From: Malacoraja senta
Lineage: Eukaryota
NCBI GenBank assembly: GCA_038087875.1
Contig: JAXLNO010000360.1
Span: 1-40,006, forward strand
DNA: 40,006 nucleotides
Reading direction: 5' to 3'
The position numbers were made by a program, and so were the translations under genes. Under the pieces are notes generated by a model, which saw nothing but the letters and a program-made list of their open reading frames with translations, ran no database searches and had not been told where the DNA came from. Positions 30,301-40,006 of this stretch are shown piece by piece; position 1 is the stretch's first letter; each line of letters begins with the position of its first letter.

Positions 30301-32347
30301 CTATTCAGGAGCTAAACTCCACTGGCGCGACAAGGCGTCAGCCAAGACATTATCCTTGCCACGGATACGCCTGACGTCCAGGTTGTAGTCTTGCAGCTGC
30401 AAACTCCAGCTCATTAACCGCCGGTTCTTATTCTTCATACTGTTCAAAAATACCAACGGATTATGATCCGTGAGTACGACGACAGGGACATTCGAGGAGC
30501 CAACATAAACCTCGAAATAATTCAGAGACATTAAAATAGCAAGGGCTTCTTTCTCAATGGTGGAGTACCACTTCTGATGACGATTGAACTTCTTAGAGAT
30601 GTACGAAACTGGATGGTCCACCCCATCTGAATCATCATGCAGCAGAACTCCCCCAACCCCACGATCATTAGCATCCACCGCCAGTGTAAATGGACGATCA
30701 AAATCAGGTGCCGCAAGCACAGGTGCGCGCACCAGAAGACTTTTAGTATGATCAAAGGCTTGTTGACACTCTGCGGACCACACAAAAGCTACCTTCGGAC
30801 TCAGCAAATCCGTCAAAGGGGCAGCCACCGCAGAGAAGTTTGGACAGAATCCTCTATAGTACCCAACCGTAGCCAGATACCGACGGAGTTCAGTCCTCGA
30901 GGTTGGAGCAGGAAATGCGACAATATGCTCCACCATTTCCTTGAGAGTGCGAACCTGACCCCGGCCCACCACCTTACCCAGATACGTTACCGTGGCCTGG
31001 CCAAACTCACACTTCCCCAGATTGATCGTTAGTTTTGCATTCACTAGACGATGAAATACCTCCTTCAGATGACCGATGTGTTCGATCCACGACCTGGAGC
31101 ACACAACCAAATCATCAAGGTATGCCTCACAGAAGGACAAACCAGACAATACAATGTTCACTAACCGTTGGAAGGTTGCCGGCGCATTGCGCATCCCAAA
31201 TTCCATTACTGTGTACTGAAGAAAGTTATCAGGCGTAACGAACGCAGAGATCTCCATCGCCCGCCTAGTCAAAGGAACTTGCCAATACCCTTTTAACAAG
31301 TCCAACTTAGACACAAAAGATGCACTTCCCACACGATCCACGCAATCCTCCATTCGTGGGAGAGGATAGCAATCCGGCTTAGTTACACCATTCACTTTGC
31401 GAAAGTCCGTGCAAATCCTGTCCTCCCCATTAGCCTTCGTAGTCAGTTGACAAGGAGAACTCCACGGACTACAACTTGGTTCAGCAATGCCATGCCGCAG
31501 CATATAGTCAACCTGACTGACTCCCTAGACGAAGACGCCTTTCAGGGTTGACCCGATACGGATGTTGTTTAATTGGCGCAGCACCGGCCACGTCAATGTC
31601 ATGCTGCAGCACAGACGTCTGAGAAGGCACATCCGAGAACAGTGACCCATTTGACTTCACCAAACAAAGCAGATCACCCCGCTGACTTTCAGTCAAATGA
31701 GATAAACGCAAGGGAAGCGACTCCAAAGCCCCGGAGTTACACAGCCTTCCCTGCGTCACTGCCACAGACAACCGTGCCTCTCCCACATCACCACCCGTGT
31801 CAGGGGGCACCACCACTGCAGCAAAAACAGGCTTAGACGAAACCGAAGGACACAGCACCTCCCCATCAACCTCCACAGGCTCCTGCTCATGGTACTGCTT
31901 CATCATGTTGACATGACAGAGCTGAGTCTTACGCCTTCGATCAGGGGTACCAATAACATAATCCCTTTCACCAACCTTCTTAACCACCTGATAGGGACCG
32001 CTATACCAAGCCTGCAGACTGGAACCAGGAGTAGGCAACAACACCAGGACTTTATCACCTGGAGAAAAATTCCTACTCGAAGCCTTCCTGTCGAACCACC
32101 CCTTCATCCTAGACTGAACAGAAGCAAGATTACCCATTGCCAGTTCGCATGCCCTCTTCAGTCTAGACCGAAAGGTACAGACGTGGTCTAAAACACTACG
32201 TTTTGTATCCTCCCGCAACCATTTCTCCTTTAGGACCCTCAACGGACTACGTACAGTATGCGTGAACACCAGGTCAGCAGGACTGAACCCTAAAGACTCC
32301 TGCACGACCTCACGCACCCCAAACATAACTAGATGAACCCCCTCACC
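30301..32347 (-). pseudogene. pol 3' part, copy B (IN C-terminus, RT, RNase H); 4-nt GACT duplication frameshift near 31515
   Basis: ORFs 31508-32326 and 30301-31503. B reads acctgactgactccc where A reads acctgactccc. AYLDD is intact. Confidence 0.9.
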
Positions 32348-34657
32348 CTAGTATTTTTCAAACTCCAGGCAGTAAGTCCTCAACATAGATTTCAAAGTCT
32401 GGTGAAATCTCTCGAGAGCTCCCTGGCTCTCAGGGTGATACGCACTGGAGTAACAATGCTTAATATTTAACAACTTCATTACCTGACCAAAAACCTTCGA
32501 CATGAAGTTGGAACCTTGGTCACTCTGCACCACCTTGGGCAAACCGAACAACGAAAAAAACTTAGTGAGAGACTTCACTATGATAGGGGCAGTAATACTA
32601 CGCAAAGGGACCACCTCCGGAAAGCGGGTAGACGTACACATAATTGTTAATAAAAACTTGTTGCCCCCCTTTGTCCGAGGTAGAGGACCCACACAATCAA
32701 CTAAAATCCGCTCAAACGGCTCACCGACCACAGGGATTGGATATAAAGGCGCATGAACAATCGATTGGTTCGGCTTTCCTGCCACCTGGCAAATCTGACA
32801 ACACCTGCATTGCTGTTTCACGTCCTTTTTCAACCCTGGCCACAAAAAAATCCGTAAGATACGGTCATACGTCTTATTGACCCCCAAATGTCCACCCAGT
32901 GGACCATCATGAGCCAAACCGAGTATCTCGTCCCTATACCGACGAGGTATCACAATCCGATCAACCACGCTCCAATCATCATGCCCAGACATATCCAAGG
33001 GAGACCACCTTCGCATCAGTAAGCCCTCCCTTAGAAAATACCCTTTTGCTGTGGAATCCATATCCCCCTCAGGCACCGCGCAGTAGAACAGATCAGATAA
33101 CCCTGGATCCCTCTTTTGCTCCTCAACCAGCCGGTCACGTGACAGCGACACCGGCCCATTTCCAGACACTATCCCATCGTGAGATGTAGAAACACCCGTC
33201 ACAACACAGGATCCCTCATCCTGATCCCCCAAAATGCTCTCACGTAGGCCCACTACATCCTCAAACTTCGCCTGGCTCTTAGCCATAGCCCTCGTGACAG
33301 CACAAGCTGCGAAGACTTTCGGATGCTGAATAGCCAATCTATCAGGACTCTGCACCATCGGAACAGCCGTCACCTCAGGAGTAACTAAAACTCTACCTCC
33401 TGCCAAGTCATTCCCCAATATTACTGAAACTCCCTCAACGGGAAAACACGGCCGTAACCCAACAGTTACCCGGCCTGAAACCAACTCGGACTCGAGACTC
33501 ACGGTATGCAAAGGCACTACCATGTCTTCCATCCCGAATCCTACCACAGGGACACTTGACCCAACCGATGATTCCCCAGAAAACGGCAGTACACTCTCCA
33601 ATATAAAGGACTGAGCAGCACCAGTATCTCGCAAGATGGATACTGGAACTCTATCGGCCCCATCCTCCAGAGAAACAAAACCCTTCATGATGAACGCAGA
33701 ATAATCCCTACACTCATCAGATTCAGGCACCTCAGGTACCACAGGTGCCTTTTGTGTACCCACCAAAGCCACAGGCTTTGCATTTTTCTGTTTCAGAACG
33801 GGACACGCCTTTAACATGTGCCCTCTGCCTTTACAATAGTAGCACACAGGTCCTTCGTTAGTCCTCAAATTTCCGTCAACCTTATCAGCTCGGACCTCCC
33901 CCTGTATCAACGTGCTGCCACTTGCAGGCACAGAAACACCTTTGACACTGCCACCGGCGACACGACCACGATCAACCGGCCGTGCACCAAAACTATAGGA
34001 GCGCCCAACAAAATCAGTTTTATGAGTCAATACATACTCATCTGCCAACACCGCGGATTTAGACACCTCATTCACCTTCTGCTCATTAAGGTAATTAGTA
34101 ACTCTCTCCGGGAGACAGTTCTTAAAGTCTTCCATAATAATCAAGGCCCGCAGTTGCCCAATATCCTTCACTTCTTGAGAAGCACACCACCTGTCAAAAA
34201 GTGCCTCCTTCTCCCTATCAAACTCCACATACGTCTGACTATCAAACTTCCTAAAGCGCTGGAATTTCTGCTGGTACGCCTCTGGAACTAATTCATAAGC
34301 CCTTAATACTGTAGACTTCACACACTCATAGTTCAGACTGCTTTCACCAGACAAAGACGAGGACACCTCCCGTGCTTTACCCACTAGGACACACTGCAAT
34401 AGCAAGGTCCACACGTCCTTAGGCCACTTCAAGGACAAAGCCACCCGTTCAAACACTGTGAAAAACCTGTCCACATCCTTCTCACTAAAGGGGGGAACCA
34501 GGCGGATATTCTTGCTCATATCAAACTCCCGTTCCCTAGAAGAAACCTGGGAGGTATCCAATTCCTTCTCCCGCAGCCTCAACACTACCCTGTTGGTTTA
34601 CTCCTCAGCCGCACGCAGCTGAATCTCTGCTTTTTTGTTCTCCTCCTCTGCTCTTTT
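32348..34657 (-). pseudogene. gag-protease-integrase, copy B
   Basis: LRDTGA protease site, CCHC, HHCC and DDE motifs. The same premature TAG as A at 32348-32350, plus an extra TAA at 34598-34600. Confidence 0.9.
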
Positions 34658-34669
34658 GGGGAAGCATGA

Positions 34670-34995
34670 CCCCCTGTCCCACTGTACGAAGTAATTCAAG
34701 AGTTCTCCCGAGTTTACCCCTGATTCGAACTCGGAGAATGTCCGCATCGGGTCGGTAGAAGTTCGTGGATATCTCGTAGCGATTCGTGCGAGTATTTTTT
34801 TTACTCGTGGACATTTTTCACAGAGTTGAAAAAACGTCACGAGTTTACCGGATTTCCAGAGAACCTACCGTTGGCATAACGAGCCGCTACGTGACATCCG
34901 CGAACTCCTACGGACCCGCTACGGACATTCTCCGAGTTCGAATCAGGGAAAACTCGGGAGAACTCTTGAATTACTTCGTACAGTGGGACAGGGGG
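34670..34995. mobile_element. Harbinger-like MITE, copy B
   Basis: Same long TIRs and same position as 14818-15144. Confidence 0.85.
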
Positions 34996-35593
34996 TCATG
35001 CTTCTCCTGTCGCTCTCTCTTGGCGGAGACAAGGGCTCAAGGAAAGAGCGTTCACATCACGGCCCCTGCTTCCACCAACCTTTCCACCACCACGCACAAG
35101 AAGCAGAAGAAGCGACAAGACAGGCACCATTGTGCAGATGCCGAGAAGTGTGTTCAGCTTTGGCTGAACGACTTCTAATCTTGTGTGTGGACTCGATAAG
35201 AAGAAAGCGGAGACAAGCCCAAAACAGTGACTGTCAATTTCGACGGTGAACTTTCAAATGACGGTGCACACGGCTATTTACTTTGAGCTTCTGGTTCTTG
35301 CCCTGTTGTGTTGTCTGCGAGCCAATGACACTCAGCAGATCAGAATATCGCTAAGGTACAGAACACCATCCGGTTTCACATTCTTTCGCGACTTCCCATT
35401 CAAAACGAAATTCCAAAAAAAATTGGTCCAGATGATGCGCTTGTAATTAGGTCTTATCCACACTAGATTAATTTAAGGATTAACTTATCGGATCATGTTA
35501 TCCCACTGACGGCGTGGATTCCCCCCGCATCTCAGGTTAAGTCCCGCATCCTGCAGACGTGCTGGAATGAAACAGTCGTGATATTTAAAAGAC

Positions 35594-36005
35594 CAGTCAG
35601 TCAGTCGGTCAGTCAATTTTATTTGTATCGCACATTTAAAATCATCTCACGTTGACCAAAGTTCTGTAGACCAGAGCAGATACTAATGTGCTACATACAA
35701 TGGTACACAGAGCTAACAATACATACACAAACTGTTTACAGCGCTCCCTTAGAGGGCCACAAAAACGCGATTTGGTAGAAATTGGTTTTGAGCCTCGATT
35801 TAAAGAAGTCGATGGCGGGGGTAGTTCTGATGAGGAGAGGGATGCTGTTCCGCAGTCTAGGGGCTGCAACCGCAAAAGCGCGGTCACCCCTGAGCTTAAA
35901 CCTAGACCGCGAGATAGTCAGTAGCCCCAAGTCGGCCGACCTGAGGGACCTGGAGGAAGAATGGTGGTATAGAAGATTTTTGATACAGGAGGGGGCAAGC
36001 CCGTT
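35594..36005 (-). mobile_element. L2-clade LINE 3' fragment, copy B
   Basis: Paralogue of 15741-16152, with GDRAFAVAAPRL, AATAAA and a (TGAC)n tail. Confidence 0.88.
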
Positions 36006-36302
36006 AGGGTGATTGGACGGGTGCATTTATAGGAAAGGTTAAAATGAATGTCGGGGAATCGCGGGGAAATCGGACTCGCGTTGACGGCGCATCTCGGTTA
36101 GCAGAGACGAATTGAGCCAAAGTGACAGATTCAGTGATGTATGATTCTATAACTTCTACGAGTGATGATTCAAATGGCCATTGCAAGCTGTTCTGTGTGA
36201 GTATGTGCGTAGTGGAGATTCTGAGCAGTTGGATGGGAATATTGGGAGGACAAACATTGATGGGAGCAAATGTATGTTGAACTATCGGCGTGGATCAGAG
36301 GG

Positions 36303-37198
36303 TCACGGACGGACAAGTGCACGAATTGCACTCACTGGGAATTTAACCGCGTTGATCAGCTCAGCCCTGAATTTACTCTGGGTCACCACGTAAATACACG
36401 TGTTGGTGCAGGTACTGAGCAGCTGTAAGAAGCCCGACGTGACCCATGTGATATAGTAATAACCGGTGGGGTTGTAGTCAACTCGCACCTTCGCAATACC
36501 CGTAAAGATGAAAAATATGGCCTGTGTTGCCCACAGCAGGACGAAAGTGGCCGTGATACTGAAGAGTAAAACGATGGATTTCCTGCGGTTCTCCATCTCC
36601 GGGTCCTTGTCATTCTCCCCGTTGCTTTTTCCCCGGAGCCCCCTGCGGACTCTGCTGGCCGCCACAATCCGCCTGACCGTCAGCACATTGAGCAGAAGGA
36701 TCAGAAAGAACGGGATACAAGGGGTTAGAACGCGGTGTGTGACATCATATGCGATCCATGCAGACGACGTGTAGAAGGTGGGTTTGTAGTAGCAACCCCA
36801 GGGAAGATTATCAAACACGTAGCCAGGTACTATCGCAAAACACCGGGGGACGTTCTCTAAACAGCCCAGCACACTCACTGCCCCGATAATCACAGCCGCC
36901 GTTCTCTCAGTGCAATATCTTGTTTTCAGCTTCTCACAACAAATAGCCACAAACCGATCGAAGGTGAAGGCGACCGTCAGCCAGACAGAGACCGCGGTGG
37001 ATGCAAAGATGAGGAAATAGATAGTCGTGCACACGGGAGTAATGTTCAGCAAAGAATACGGGAAGTAAAATAGACTGAGAAACGGATCGGTGATGCCGAC
37101 CAGGAGATCAGACGCTGCCATGGCCACCAGGTAGAGAGTGATGCATTTGGAGAGACCGCATTTACCTCGACAGAGAATCACAATCGCCAACAAGTTCA
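36303..37198 (-). CDS. GPR139/GPR142-like class A GPCR, copy B, coding exon 2 (full protein 321 aa)
   Basis: Acceptor cttctctctctcacAG|TGAAC, an open frame, the same motifs as copy A and a 9-nt in-frame deletion in ECL1. Confidence 0.9.
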
Positions 37199-37525
37199 CT
37201 GTGAGAGAGAGAAGAGATATTACTGACATAAGGCCCGCACAAAAGTATCTGAGGGACATTGTCTGATTGGAAAGTTTTCAAACTTCAAATTTGGTTGACC
37301 AAATGACCTTTAGCCCAGACCACGTTCAGAGACTACAGCCTTTGGACAACGGTATCCACGCACCTCATTAAACACCAATGTATATTACGTTCACAGCTTT
37401 TAATACAGCCCATATTCTTATGAACTGTCTCCAGATTGTAGCATCCATCTACACTGTCCCATGGACAGTAGTTACAGAAACCATTAATAGGCATGTCAAT
37501 TGCATGTGGGAGGAAACATGCGCAC

Positions 37526-37980
37526 CGTAAGCCCGCGGGTCCCCTGGTGGGAGACCGCTTTTCGGGGCTTCCGCAGCGGCGACTTCTCCCGCCCGAGTTG
37601 CGGGGTTGAAGAGCACCTGGAGCGGGGCTTGGAATGGCCACCGGACTTTGCGGGCGCGCGCCGGGGCTCTAACACCAAGACCCGGTGCGCGACCTTGCAT
37701 CACCCGGCGTGGCTTTAATGGCTGCGGGATAATCACCATCGCCCGCCGGGGGCTTTGACTTTGACTCTGACATCGGGGGGGGGGGGAGTGCAGTGGAGAG
37801 ATACGTTTTTTTTTGCCTTCCATCACAGCGCTGTGATGGATGTAATGTGTAAATTGTGTTGTGTCTCGGGTCTTCTTCGTTTTGTATTGTATGGCTGCAG
37901 AAACGACATTTCGTTTGGACCTCAAGGGGTCCAAATGACAAATTTGTCCAAAAGACAAATAAATTGAATTGAGTTGAATT
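37526..37980 (+). mobile_element. SINE/LINE-derived 3' fragment inserted in the intron of copy B only
   Basis: Absent from copy A at ~17677-17684. Ends AATAAA plus a (TTGAA)n tail. No clear TSD. Confidence 0.8.
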
Positions 37981-39146
37981 GATTAGCGTGGCGTCGGAGG
38001 ACGAACGATGAAACATTGCTCATAAAGCACGGGAGGGTGGAGATTGAACCTGCGACTCCGGAACTGTGTGACACCGGCAGTCAGGCACGGAAATCGCTAT
38101 TAAAACATGGAGGGGGGGGGACGGTAACATCGGAAGCTGACCTGGTTGGTGACGGAGTCCGAAATCCAGCAACAGCAGCTTCGTCCGCCGCGAATAGTGG
38201 GGCTTGAATCGGTCCGTTCGCGGGACCTTTCATCGGCCGGCGGGGGCTTCAACATCGGGAGCCTCGATCGCCTGGATGCAGCAGGTTGATTTTAAGCCGC
38301 GCTGGGCGATGAAAGGCCACGCGAACTGGCCGATTCAGCCCATAGAAAATGTCTGATAAATTCCGGATTACAAAAATTGGCGGGATTGCCCCCCACCTCT
38401 CAAAGCACCGGTGGGGGGGGGGGGGCGTGCTCCCGTCCTCCCCAGAATTTCCGCCCATGCAGGCAGAACTGACTGTGGCACGATTGGGAAGATGTACAGA
38501 TACATCTGCGGATATAAATTCGAATATACAGATCGTCCGAAGGAGAAGATATCAAAATACATAACATTAACTGATATAAAATTACGTGACAGCATCTGTT
38601 TACATCTGAGTTAACATCTGAGTTTACATCATAGTAAAGTCGTGACACCTTCATAGAGTCAGATCCCAGCTCGTGACATTCACTTGCTTTATCTCATGAG
38701 CTGTAGCATTACATGTCTAACGCGGGATTACGCTTCACGCAGCGACGAGTGCAGAAATATATCGATTATATATTCAGTTAAGCAGGTTTGTCCGATTGGG
38801 AACACATGTCATTTCACTAACTCGTTTCAGACTCTCCACGGAAGGAACCCAAGTTGCCATTCTCACAGCTCCTGACCCACATACCAGGGTGTGATTATCT
38901 GATACCTGCTCGCTGGTCAGGGCTCTGGCCGGCGCAATCAGTACAGACAGTGATCCAGGCCAGGATAAACAACGGGCATGACGTACACATTGCGGCAGTT
39001 ACAGCAGGAACATGGATGTCTAACCAAATTAAGCAAGTGAATTATTGAAACACAAACAATGTTTGTTTAACGTCGGCACCGCCGGAGTTTACGGAATGTC
39101 TCACAGCTAATGCGCGTACATAAAAATCAAGGACACACCAAATTAC

Positions 39147-39216
39147 CGAAAACAGCGACAGCCGCTATTGTAGGGTAATATATATATTGAATTCGATGGA
39201 TCAATTGATGTCCCAT
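39147..39216 (-). CDS. GPCR copy B, coding exon 1 (MGHQLIHRIQYIYYPTIAAVAVF + 1 nt)
   Basis: ATG at 39216, 70 nt, G|GTAATT donor, phase 1. Confidence 0.88.
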
Positions 39217-39301
39217 AGCTGGAAGACACAATTAACTCCTGTGGCTCCGTCAGTCCGTCATCGCTGTAGCTCTGTGGCGATGCCTTCTGGTGGGCACCGA
39301 G

Positions 39302-39309
39302 ATATATAG
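39302..39309 (-). promoter_or_regulatory. Candidate TATA box of GPCR copy B
   Basis: Minus strand CTATATAT ~85 nt upstream of the ATG. Confidence 0.35.
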
Positions 39310-39477
39310 AGCGATAGGTCTCCAGCGACATGACCTCATACCTGCTGATTGACATTAGTGACACTCACGGAACAAACACCTTGCGCCACAGCCATTGACT
39401 CCACCATGGGAGATGACAAGCGAATAATTTAAGGATCGAGTAAAAAAACAACACGAAGCGAGTCGTTGAAAACAGAG

Positions 39478-39570
39478 TCTGAGAATGGTCACTATCCGAA
39501 ACGTCACCTATACACGTTCTCCAAAAATGTTGCCTGACCCTCTGTTACACCAGCACTTTGTGTATTTTTC
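39478..39570 (+). repeat. Degenerate Penelope-associated short repeat, copy B
   Basis: tctgagaatggtcactatccgaaacgtca..., the paralogue of 22253-22345. Confidence 0.5.
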
Positions 39571-39765
39571 ACTGAAAACAAGAATTTATGCTTTCCAATG
39601 AAAGAATGGTGCATGACACTGTGTTATTTCATTTAATGTTGGTGTGATTTCGATGGACATCTCCAGTGAACCCATCTACCACACCAGTTTTGTTTTTCCC
39701 CCCCAAAATAAATCATAATTCATACCATGACATCACTGATATTGCAAGACAGATACTGAAATATT

Positions 39766-40006
39766 CATAGAAGCATAGAAACATGGACATTAGGTGCAGG
39801 AGGAGGCCGTTCGGCCCTTCGAGCCAGCACCGCCATTCATTGTGATCATGGCTGATCGTCCCCAATCGGTAACCCGGGCCTGCCTTCTCCCCATATCCCT
39901 TGATTCCACTGGCCCCTAGAGCTCTATCTAACTCTTTCTTAAATCCATCCAGTGATTTGGCCTCCACTGCCCTCTGTGGCAGGGAATTCCATAAATTCAC
40001 AACTCT
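39766..40006 (-). mobile_element. CR1 LINE 3' end, copy B (continues beyond the window)
   Basis: NLWNSLPQRAVEAKSLDGFKKELDRAL..GIKGYGEKAG, then a 3' UTR and TTTCTATG-type tail. Confidence 0.9.

Larger units (their letters stand above)
29656..34659 (-). mobile_element. Gmr1-like Ty3/gypsy LTR retrotransposon, copy B (5' LTR and gag N-terminus missing)
   Basis: Same organisation as copy A, with a complete outer LTR end (TGTTACG at 29656 on +). Confidence 0.93.
29673..40006. repeat. Segmental/tandem duplication, copy B (runs off the window)
   Basis: Colinear with 9848-22780. Confidence 0.95.

Overview
This is eukaryotic, repeat-rich vertebrate DNA, probably from a cartilaginous fish (inferred from the CR1/L2/Penelope-type repeat flavours and the receptor family). 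Most of the window is two tandem copies of a 17-20 kb unit: A from ~9848 to at least 22780, and B from 29673 to the window end. Each unit carries a dead Gmr1-like Ty3/gypsy LTR retrotransposon (gag/SCAN-like, PR, IN, RT, RH), a Harbinger-like MITE, an L2 fragment and an intact two-exon class A GPCR of the GPR139/GPR142-like type. The ORF track misses the 70-nt first coding exon of both receptors (21924-21993 and 39147-39216). The main signal is in the two receptors. By eye they differ at 26 amino acids plus a 3-aa indel but at only 6 synonymous codons. The changes concentrate in the N-terminus, extracellular loops and ligand-pocket positions, while the intracellular loops are identical, which fits a tandemly expanding receptor array under diversifying selection. 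Other content: (TATC)n arrays including a 7 kb one with higher-order structure, a young CR1 cut at the duplication breakpoint, an intronic L1 in A only, an intronic SINE-like insert in B only, and nested Helitron relics with a decayed PIF1 helicase. All counts and alignments were made by eye.
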